Source: Verrucomicrobiales bacterium
GTDB taxonomy: Bacteria; Verrucomicrobiota; Verrucomicrobiia; Verrucomicrobiales; V1-33
NCBI GenBank assembly: GCA_023253575.1
Contig: JALRGB010000124.1
Span: 1-29,487 of the forward strand
Length of the DNA stretch: 29,487 nt
Direction: 5' to 3'
Under the pieces are notes generated by a model. That model ran no database searches and had not been told where the DNA came from. It saw nothing but the letters and a program-made list of their open reading frames with translations. The position numbers and the translations under genes are program-made. This document shows, piece after piece, positions 10,401 through 16,986 of the stretch (positions are counted from its first letter, which is position 1; each line of letters begins with the position of its first letter).

Positions 10401-10556
10401 CGACCGCCACTCGCCCGATCGGACCAAGGAAGCATCCGGCTCGGCCGCCGCCCGGACCGGCACCCCAAAAACGAGATGCGCCACCACCCCGGCCACCATC
10501 GCCCCACAGAACGAACGAACCGTGACCGCCGGACAAAAACAGAATAAACAAGCCAT
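7494..10556 (-). CDS. PVC-type heme-binding CxxCH protein (putative membrane-bound dehydrogenase: beta-propeller, helical repeats, cytochrome c)
   Basis: LPPGFKIELFASEP, FDARGRLWV, DTNGDGRADK, FRPVDMQLGPDGAVYVADFY, GRIWRV; C-terminal CANCH, GPQL and SLMP. Exact start uncertain (possibly MVAGVVAH). Confidence 0.88.
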   Translation of the reverse strand: MACLFCFCPAVTVRSFCGAMVAGVVAHLVFGVPVRAAAEPDASLVRSGEWRSAEQQASSFSLPPGFKIELFASEPMINKPINLAFDARGRLWVTSNTEYPFPAAKERWADAQGSRVQDSKDAIKILEDTNGDGRADKVTDFVDGLNVPIGVLPYGNGCIAWSIPNIWYFEDTDGDGKCDRRKVLFGPLGYEKDTHGNIASLRMGPDGWVYATHGFNNVSRLEVRPENRSTPVDPDAPRRPTPSYANANQPREQLDWGDSLELQSGNVFRFKPDGSAVEIWAWGQVNPFGLTWDSWGHLYSADCHSNPVTQLIRGAAYPSFGRPDLGLGFGPVLCEHSHGSTGICGPLYFDGGVWGAEWNDHLLVCNPVTSRINRDHIVFEGATPKAVEQPDFISTSDLWFRPVDMQLGPDGAVYVADFYNKVIGHYEVDLHHPGRDRTSGRIWRVVKDGVQSVKRDLTVEQQLAQQVRFGVVPDGLDVAVVSTLPARTVRQWAESFLNGPAGSVSRPVIRAMEATAGAGDVTLRHVLQLAMRHALTAPGGFDGVPVEGPEAVAVRGLARTIPTPEAAAWLLRHLRKGDAGGADLVQSLTSLARYLPVVEVPQLVALARERLAGDGAVQAELVQAVANGLAERGVPLDAVVLGWAQEVAAGLLGVFGEAEAPDWEVVTDGPSGQPSPWGLQKRPALDGVEITMISSLPVSGGEWEKRTGLLRSKPFVMPEVLSFWLCGHRGPPDQPAHERSFVRLVDGVTGAEVVRVYPPRTDAGQRVRWVASELPASPTGGSRRLEIVDGDTGDAYAWLAVGGIDPAVVPVENFQRQDQARGQLQSLASLLQYSAPRDLREKLAGFLPPPPPAPPSTVTVEQRAELDALIQQRLKSFAAVTPDVAHGGRVFALHCANCHAINGQGALVGPQLEGVGQRGAERLMEDILDPNRNIDSNFHVHLIYKNDGSVVAGLERGLLGEVLLCVDATGREQRIPRADIKKNEVTGLSLMPAAFGLSIPEADFYDLMGFLLGSSGHQSE

Positions 10557-10615
10557 GCGTAATAAATTAAATCACCCTCAGCAAACAAAGGCATGCCCTA
10601 CAATGCAACCTGATG

Positions 10616-10655
10616 AAAAAGCCGGAAATCATGAGCCCAGCCTCACGCATCCGGC
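10616..10655 (-). terminator. Intrinsic-terminator-like hairpin with U5 tail
   Basis: Minus strand: GCCGGA-TGC-GTGAG-GCTGGG-CTCAT-GATT-TCCGGC-TTTTT. Confidence 0.5.
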
Positions 10656-10766
10656 ATCAAATCCACCGCCACGCCACCGCTGCCGTGACGACCAGCGCGG
10701 GACGACCGGCACTTCCCGACGCCGTCCCGATTGCATCCCTCGCGGATGCAGTCAAAGTGATGATCA

Positions 10767-11195
10767 ATGACCCGCGATGACATCATCGACAAAATCCGCA
10801 AAGTCGAGGCCCTCTACACCGGGACCGACTCCAAAGGAGAAATGCAGGCGGCCCGCAGCGCTCTCGACCGCCTTCAGGCCCAACTCTCAGCAGCTCCAGA
10901 AGAAGCGGTAGAATTCCAATTCAGCCTACCTGATCCTTGGAAGCGCCAGCTATTCCTCGCCCTCATCCGCCGGCATGGCCTCAGGCCTTTCCGGCTTCCC
11001 CGTCAGCGCACTTCCACCATCATGGTCCGCGTGCCCCGCTCCGTCCTCGACACCGTGATCTGGCCCCAGTTCACTCAGCTCTCCAGTCTGCTCCATGACT
11101 ACCTCAGCGAGGCCACTCGCGACATCATCACCCGCAGCGTGCACGGCGACGTATCCGAAGCGTCCGAACAACTCAGCCTTCCCGGCGTCTCCTGA
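10767..11195 (+). CDS. Conserved hypothetical protein with DUF2786-like N-terminus
   Basis: 142-aa ORF with host-like codon use. N-terminal IIDKIRKVEALY...GEMQAARSALDRL resembles the DUF2786 helix pair, followed by FSLPDPW...LFLALIRRHGL..RQRTSTIMV. Confidence 0.7.
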   Translation: MTRDDIIDKIRKVEALYTGTDSKGEMQAARSALDRLQAQLSAAPEEAVEFQFSLPDPWKRQLFLALIRRHGLRPFRLPRQRTSTIMVRVPRSVLDTVIWPQFTQLSSLLHDYLSEATRDIITRSVHGDVSEASEQLSLPGVS

Positions 11196-11237
11196 TCGCC
11201 CACTCAAATCCCCCCTTTCCCGCCGCTCCCCATCCCC

Positions 11238-11243
11238 TAGACT
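11238..11243 (+). promoter_or_regulatory. Candidate -10 (TAGACT) for dnaX
   Basis: TANNNT 12 nt upstream of the dnaX ATG; no SD; weak -35. Confidence 0.35.
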
Positions 11244-11255
11244 GTCCCCCCGCCA

Positions 11256-13205
11256 ATGAGCTACCAGGTTTTTGCTAGAAAATACCGCCCCAAGACATTC
11301 GATGACGTCCTGGGCCAAGAACACGTCGTGCGAACACTGCGCAATGCCATCACGCAGAATCGCATCGCCCATGCTTACCTCTTCGTCGGCCCGCGCGGAA
11401 CCGGCAAAACCTCCACCGCTCGCATCCTCGCCAAAGCACTCAACTGCCCAGGCGGACCGAAAATCGACTTCGATCCAGAAGCTCCCGTCTGCATCGAAAT
11501 CGCCGAAGGCCGAAGCATGGACGTCCTCGAAATCGACGGCGCCTCGAATAATGGTATCGATCAGGTGCGCGACTTGCGCGACACCGTGCGCTTCGCCCCC
11601 ATGAGCGGCCAGTTCCGCATCGTCTACATCGACGAAGTACACATGCTCTCAGTGCAGGCGTTCAACGGATTACTCAAAGTACTGGAAGAACCGCCCCCCC
11701 ACGCAAAATTCATCTTCGCCACCACCGACCCACAGAAAATCCTCCCCACCATCATCAGCCGTTGTCAGCGGTTTGATCTGCGGCGCATCCCCGACACCAT
11801 CATCGCAGACCACTTGCTCCATATCGCCGAATTGGAAAAAGTCGGCCTGACCGACGGCGCCGCCCACGCCATCGCCCGGGGCGCCGAAGGCGGCATGCGC
11901 GACGCCCAGTCAATGCTCGATCAATTGGTCGCTTTCTGCGGGGAAACCATCGCAGAAACCGATGTACTGAACATTTTCGGATTCACCGCGCAGGAAACTA
12001 TCTCCAGCCTCACCTTAGCCCTGCTGGAAAAAAATACGCCCGCCGCCCTCGAACAAATCCACCAACAGGCCGATCGCGGCAAAGACCTCACCCGCCTGCT
12101 CGCCGATACCATCGGCCACCTCCGTAACCTGCTCGTTCACAAAATCGACCCCTCCGCCGCCCGGGACGTAGCCCCGGACCTGCTCGAGGCGCTGAATACC
12201 CAAGCGCCACTCGTCACCACCGAACGTCTCATCAACCTGATCGACCAGTTCGCCGAGGTCGATGCCCGCATGAAATGGGCCTCAAACAAACGGCTCTATT
12301 TGGAAATCGGCGTCATCAAAGCCGTTCATTCCCTCGAAGAAGTCCTGCTCAGCGACGTTATCGCCACCCTCGAAGGAGTCGCCGAACCCAGCGGTTTCCA
12401 GACCAGTCAGTCCAGTCAAAGCAGACCTGCGGCCACGCCGCCCGCCACGCCGCCCGCCACGCCGCCCGCCGCTACCCCTATTCCTGTCCCTGTGACCCCG
12501 CCCGTGGCCCCGCAACCACCCGTGGCCGCCAGCGTGCCAGTCACGTTACCCCCGCCACCGGTGGCCGCGCCAGCTCCGCCGCCAGCGCCGGCGCCGGACC
12601 TACTTCTGGCCAACGAGTCTTCTGCCGCGCCCGCAGCTCCGCTCGAATGGGAACCTCTGTTACTGGACGTCCCGTCCACGGCTCCCGCGAAAGCAGGACT
12701 TTCGGGAGCGGCTCTCTGGGCCGGCGCCGTTGTTGAGCTCCAATCCCGCAAGCCGTTGCAGGCGGGTTTTGCGGGTCAGGGGGTTTTTCTCGAGCAGCGG
12801 GGCATGGAAATTGTGATTGGTTTTGCGCCCTCTGGCCAGATGGCCAAGGATTCGCTCAACCGTCCGGCGGCCAAGTCAGCGGTCGAAGAAATCCTCTGTG
12901 CACTCTCAGGAGAGGCCATTGCCTTGAAACTGGAAACGCACGCCGATCTCATTCCTCCCCCCCCTCCGCCCAAACCAGAACTTCCACCGCGACCAGCACC
13001 CACACCAAAACCCGAGCCCCCCAGCACCAGCCGGAAAGAAAAACCCTCCCCCGCCCCCGTTCAGGAATCAGCCGCACCCGCGGTCGAAATCCCACACGTC
13101 GACGAACAAGAATTTTACAATGATCCATTAATTGCTGCCGCTCTCGTCCAGTTCGAAGCGACCATCACCTCGATCACCCCCGCCGCACCCAAACCAAAAA
13201 ACTGA
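11256..13205 (+). CDS. dnaX: DNA polymerase III subunit gamma/tau
   Basis: ARKYRPKTF, Walker A GPRGTGKT, EIDGASN, IDEVHML, SRC motif, GGMRDA; Pro-rich linker and C-terminal domain. Confidence 0.97.
   Translation: MSYQVFARKYRPKTFDDVLGQEHVVRTLRNAITQNRIAHAYLFVGPRGTGKTSTARILAKALNCPGGPKIDFDPEAPVCIEIAEGRSMDVLEIDGASNNGIDQVRDLRDTVRFAPMSGQFRIVYIDEVHMLSVQAFNGLLKVLEEPPPHAKFIFATTDPQKILPTIISRCQRFDLRRIPDTIIADHLLHIAELEKVGLTDGAAHAIARGAEGGMRDAQSMLDQLVAFCGETIAETDVLNIFGFTAQETISSLTLALLEKNTPAALEQIHQQADRGKDLTRLLADTIGHLRNLLVHKIDPSAARDVAPDLLEALNTQAPLVTTERLINLIDQFAEVDARMKWASNKRLYLEIGVIKAVHSLEEVLLSDVIATLEGVAEPSGFQTSQSSQSRPAATPPATPPATPPAATPIPVPVTPPVAPQPPVAASVPVTLPPPPVAAPAPPPAPAPDLLLANESSAAPAAPLEWEPLLLDVPSTAPAKAGLSGAALWAGAVVELQSRKPLQAGFAGQGVFLEQRGMEIVIGFAPSGQMAKDSLNRPAAKSAVEEILCALSGEAIALKLETHADLIPPPPPPKPELPPRPAPTPKPEPPSTSRKEKPSPAPVQESAAPAVEIPHVDEQEFYNDPLIAAALVQFEATITSITPAAPKPKN
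12432..12467 (+). repeat. In-frame 12-bp tandem repeat x3 (GCCACGCCGCCC; ATPP) in the dnaX linker
   Basis: Three exact copies at 12432, 12444 and 12456. Confidence 0.9.
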
Positions 13206-13257
13206 TCCCCGGAGCCAGCCGGCCACCCGCCGCTGCCCCCCATCCACCGACCTACTC

Positions 13258-13572
13258 ATGAACCTCGCCAAAATGATGAAACAGGCCCAGCAAATGCAGG
13301 CCGACATGCAACGCGCCCAGGAAACGCTGGCCCAAAAAACCGTCGAAGCCAGCGTAGCCGGAGGCAAAGTGCTCGTCACCGCCACCGGCGCCGGTGATAT
13401 CGTCAATATCAAAATCGACCCCGCGGTCGTCGACCCCTCCGATGTCAGCCTGCTCGAAGACCTCATCCTCAGCGCGGTCCAGCAGGCGCTGGCCAAAGGA
13501 CGTGAAATCGCTACCTCCGAAATGGGTAAAGTCACCGGCGGCATGGGACTGCCAGGCGGATTCGGACTGTAG
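13258..13572 (+). CDS. ybaB: YbaB/EbfC family nucleoid-associated protein
   Basis: MNLAKMMKQAQQMQ, EASVAGGKV, IKIDP, LLEDLILSAV; directly after dnaX. Confidence 0.93.
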   Translation: MNLAKMMKQAQQMQADMQRAQETLAQKTVEASVAGGKVLVTATGAGDIVNIKIDPAVVDPSDVSLLEDLILSAVQQALAKGREIATSEMGKVTGGMGLPGGFGL

Positions 13573-13603
13573 TCAGACCGCACGATTTTCCGGCGCACCG
13601 CCC

Positions 13604-14665
13604 ATGAGTGAGGCTCCTCCCGCTGCGGCCACGGATCGACCTGCCGCTGCGATCAGAAGCGGTGCCAGCCGGGCCGCCGCCGTCGGCTCGCTGGGTCTCT
13701 TCGGCACGGTGATGATGTGCTTGAGTGGCCGCTGGGATGCGGTCGCCGCCATCACTATCATCCCGTTGTGGGTCTGGTCATTTTTTGGACTGGCGGCCGC
13801 TACCGGCGGATTACTGGCGTGCCGCACTCGATCTGCCGCCCTAGCGGCGCTGCTCTGGGGAGGCACTCTGCTGGCCGGACCCGATGAATGGCGGGGACTG
13901 TGGCGCAGCTGGTTTTCCAATCCCCCTCCCCTCCTCCCACAGCGGCCAGCCGTCCACCGCGCCCAGACTCTGCGCGTCATCACCCTGAACTGCCGCCGCA
14001 GCAATATCGCCAGCGCCCGCGAAGCCGCCGCCTGGAATCCGGATGTCATCCTCCTCCAGGAAATGCGCGGCTATGCCACCCGCGACGTCAACGCTCTCGC
14101 CCGTGAACTGTGGGGACCGGAAAGCAGCACCGTCGCCAGCTTCGATACCGCCATCCTCGCCCACGGCCACTTGCGCCCACACCCCTCCAACCGGGCCAAC
14201 CGTAGACTGCAAGAATTCGTCCAAGCCACCCTGACCCGGCCCGATGGATCCCAAATCGAGGTCGCTAGCGTGCACCTGCAAGGCCACGTCACGAGCTTGA
14301 AACTCTGGGACCCGGAAACATGGCGGGCCCACGCTCGCAAACAACGCCGCCACCGCCTCTACATGGAGGAAATTATCGCCCCATCGCTCCAATCAGGCCA
14401 GCCACGACCACGCTTGATCGGCGGCGATTTTAATTCCCCGGCCGGCAACCGGACATTCGCCGCACTCCAACCGTCATTCGCCGACGCCTTCGCCACCGCC
14501 GGTACCGGCTGGGGCAATACGTTCCGCAACGACTGGCCACTGCTTCGCATCGATCAAATCTGGGCCACCCACGACCTGCAACCGACCGCCGCCCGCACCA
14601 TCAAGACGGCCTACAGTGATCACCGTATGGTCGTGGTGGATTATACCTTGCCCGCCGCCCCATGA
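13604..14665 (+). CDS. Membrane-anchored endonuclease/exonuclease/phosphatase (EEP) family protein
   Basis: Hydrophobic N-terminus, LRVITLN, PDVILLQE, GGDFNS, RIDQIW, SDHRMV. Start at ATG 13604 is inferred. Confidence 0.85.
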   Translation: MSEAPPAAATDRPAAAIRSGASRAAAVGSLGLFGTVMMCLSGRWDAVAAITIIPLWVWSFFGLAAATGGLLACRTRSAALAALLWGGTLLAGPDEWRGLWRSWFSNPPPLLPQRPAVHRAQTLRVITLNCRRSNIASAREAAAWNPDVILLQEMRGYATRDVNALARELWGPESSTVASFDTAILAHGHLRPHPSNRANRRLQEFVQATLTRPDGSQIEVASVHLQGHVTSLKLWDPETWRAHARKQRRHRLYMEEIIAPSLQSGQPRPRLIGGDFNSPAGNRTFAALQPSFADAFATAGTGWGNTFRNDWPLLRIDQIWATHDLQPTAARTIKTAYSDHRMVVVDYTLPAAP

Positions 14666-14678
14666 CCCACAGACCCAT

Positions 14679-15422
14679 CTACCAGAGCCCCCACTGGCGG
14701 GTCATCATGATGTATAATCCAAGCAAAAAATTGGATGTTGCGTGCATAATGACGCACGCTCCTAGGCTGCGTGTGCGCACGGCCACCAGACTGACCAGCA
14801 GCGACCACAGCAGGCAGACAGCGTAATCTGACGGTTGATGCGCTGTCATCATGAGGACCGAAGTCAGTCCAATGACCCGCAGGTTTTTGACGCCCATCGG
14901 CACCCGCTCCCAGTTTCCCCCCGCCGACGCCAGATACCTCCAAAGAAACCCGCGCCAGAAGAGTTCCTCCACAAAAGCGACCGCCACCGTCATCCGTAGA
15001 AACCGCACCACCACCGACGTCCACCACGCCGCCGAACCGTCCGGGAAAATTCCAGGGTCAAATCCCGGCTCCGAACGGTCAACCACACCCAGCCATTTGA
15101 TGACCTGACCGGTCTGCGTGTGCCACCAGCTTGGCAGAATCCAGAACGCAATTCCCACGGCCCCGGTCGCCACGCCCCAAAACCACGCTTTTACCCCCAG
15201 TGGGCGAAAGGAATAGTGGCGCCACCAAAAGGCCAGCATACCTAGGCAGGCCAGCGTTTGCAGGGGATAGACCCACTGCTGCGGCTGCCTCCGCCACCAG
15301 GGAGCATCCGGATGTTTCCACTCCAGCCCCGGCACCGAGGTCAGCAGCATCAGCCCCATAAAAACAAATAACGGCGCCACGTGGGCCACCGCCTTATTGG
15401 ATCGCAGGGCAGTGAGTGTCAT
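14679..15422 (-). CDS. CAAX prenyl protease-related (CPBP) protein resembling the PEP-CTERM-associated type
   Basis: HVAPLFVF, WVYPLQTL, FVEELFWRG, H..HATSN motifs. Alternative TTG start at 15473 overlaps the aminotransferase stop. Confidence 0.85.
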   Translation of the reverse strand: MTLTALRSNKAVAHVAPLFVFMGLMLLTSVPGLEWKHPDAPWWRRQPQQWVYPLQTLACLGMLAFWWRHYSFRPLGVKAWFWGVATGAVGIAFWILPSWWHTQTGQVIKWLGVVDRSEPGFDPGIFPDGSAAWWTSVVVRFLRMTVAVAFVEELFWRGFLWRYLASAGGNWERVPMGVKNLRVIGLTSVLMMTAHQPSDYAVCLLWSLLVSLVAVRTRSLGACVIMHATSNFLLGLYIMMTRQWGLW

Positions 15423-15469
15423 CAGATTAAATGGACTGGCAAAAGCATGGAAACGGATACCCGGTCCGC

Positions 15470-16675
15470 TCAAGCCGCCCGGTCCCCCGCCGCCGATTCA
15501 CTTTTCAAACCACTCACAAAACGAGCCATCCGCTCAAGAGCAATCTCAAGCTGGGGCATCGCCGTCGCATAACACGCACGCACAAAGCCTTCACCCGATT
15601 GACCAAAAGCACTCCCAGGCACCACCGCCACACTCTGCTCGTTGACTAGCCGCATCGAGAATTCCTTGCTGGTCAATCCCGTCGGACGAATGTCCGCAAA
15701 AACATAGAAAGCGCCACCCGGACGAAACGTCGGCAACCCCATGGCATTCAGCCGCGTCACTATCACGTTCATCCGCTGCTCATAACTCTGACGCATCATC
15801 TCCACTGCCGGTGCCCCGTTTTCCAACGCCTCAATGGCCGCCCGCTGACTCATGATCGGCGCACACAACATCGCATACTGGTGCACCTTCATCATCGCCT
15901 CAATAATTTCCGCCGGAGCACACGCATAACCCAATCGCCAGCCAGTCATGGCGTAAGCCTTGGAAAAACCATGAAAAAGCACCGTCCGCTCCTTCATTCC
16001 AGCAAACGTGAGAATGCTGACATGCTGGCGACCGTCATAGAGCAGCTCCGTGTAAATTTCGTCCGTGAAAACAATCAGATCATGCTGGACCGCCAGCGCC
16101 GCAATCTTCTCCAACTCTTCCACCGGCTCAAAGGCCCCGGTCGGATTCGTCGGGAAATTCAACATGATGACCTTGGTCCGCGGAGTGATCGCCTTCTCAA
16201 CATCGCTGGCGCGAAGCACAAAATCATCCTCGGGCCGGGTGTGGATCGGCACCGGCACCCCCCCAGCCATAAAAATGGTCGGGTTGTAGCTCACATAACA
16301 CGGCTCATGGTAAATCACCTCGTCCCCAGGATTCAACAGCGCCCGAAAAGCAATGTCCAACGCCTCGCTGACCCCCACCGTAACAATGATCTCCTTCGCC
16401 GGATCATACTGGGTCGCACAATGACCCCGAATATAGCCCGAAATCGCCTTGCGCAGCGGCAGCAATCCCAAATTAGAGGTGTAACACGTCTCCCCCTTCT
16501 CCAAAGCGAATATCGCCGCCTCCCGGATATGCCACGGTGTCGAAAAATCAGGCTCGCCCACCCCCAGCGAAATCACATCGCCGCGGCTTTGAACCAGTTC
16601 AAAAAAGTCCCGGATGCCGGAACGGGGGATTTCGCGGATGCGCTCCGCCACTTTGGAGGAAAGAGATGATGACAT
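15470..16675 (-). CDS. PLP-dependent class I/II aminotransferase, YugH/AlaT-like
   Basis: SGIRDFF, VISLGVGEPDF, YTSNLGL, NFPTNPTG, DEIY, GFSKAYAMTGWRLGY (PLP Lys). The N-terminus closely follows B. subtilis YugH as I recall it. Confidence 0.92.
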   Translation of the reverse strand: MSSSLSSKVAERIREIPRSGIRDFFELVQSRGDVISLGVGEPDFSTPWHIREAAIFALEKGETCYTSNLGLLPLRKAISGYIRGHCATQYDPAKEIIVTVGVSEALDIAFRALLNPGDEVIYHEPCYVSYNPTIFMAGGVPVPIHTRPEDDFVLRASDVEKAITPRTKVIMLNFPTNPTGAFEPVEELEKIAALAVQHDLIVFTDEIYTELLYDGRQHVSILTFAGMKERTVLFHGFSKAYAMTGWRLGYACAPAEIIEAMMKVHQYAMLCAPIMSQRAAIEALENGAPAVEMMRQSYEQRMNVIVTRLNAMGLPTFRPGGAFYVFADIRPTGLTSKEFSMRLVNEQSVAVVPGSAFGQSGEGFVRACYATAMPQLEIALERMARFVSGLKSESAAGDRAA

Positions 16676-16737
16676 GAAAACGAATGAGTGAAAAAACTGA
16701 ACGAGTGCGGGTATACGGACTGGGAGGGTCGGATATT

Positions 16738-16827
16738 TCAGGCTGCCTGCGCAGCCCGTCTAGCTCGCGCCGCTACAGTCAGCGGGCGGCAGCGGTCATC
16801 GTTCAGCATGGACACGTCACAATTCAT
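16738..16827 (-). CDS. Putative Ala-rich leader peptide MNCDVSMLNDDRCRPLTVAARARRAAQAA (or 23 aa from ATG 16809)
   Basis: Short ORF ending 62 nt upstream of the aminotransferase start; 7 of the last 11 codons are Ala. Confidence 0.45.
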   Translation of the reverse strand: MNCDVSMLNDDRCRPLTVAARARRAAQAA

Positions 16828-16890
16828 GGAATGATCTGGAAAGCGGCAGAAAATACCGGGCTTTGGCGATTTGTCGCGTGCGAAGATTCG

Positions 16891-16919
16891 TTGCCTCGCC
16901 ACCATCCAGCCCGCACAAT
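16891..16919 (+). promoter_or_regulatory. Candidate sigma70 promoter for the ABC exporter (TTGCCT-N17-CACAAT)
   Basis: Hexamers at 16891-16896 and 16914-16919 with 17-nt spacing. Confidence 0.45.
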
Positions 16920-16986
16920 TCTCCGGGAGCATAAACCACCGCGCCCACCGCCCCTCATCACGGACGCCAGCCCCCTACTCAACCCC

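Noticed and set aside
10950-11642. 230-aa antisense ORF over dnaX
   Set aside because: Shadow of conserved dnaX codons with no independent motifs; the same applies to antisense ORFs over lon and nadE.
12027-12035. A AAA AAT slippery heptamer in dnaX
   Set aside because: At about codon 258, inside the clamp-loader core; a shift here would not give a functional gamma, and no SD or stem stimulator was seen.
16676-16986. SAM-I or glutamine (glnA) riboswitch upstream of the aminotransferase
   Set aside because: ATCGTTCA occurs, but on the wrong strand and without the CGGAAGTA core; no SAM-I conserved elements.
16684-16986. N-terminal extension of the ABC transporter ORF from 16684
   Set aside because: It overlaps the divergent aminotransferase leader, and a better promoter and start lie at 16891-16987.
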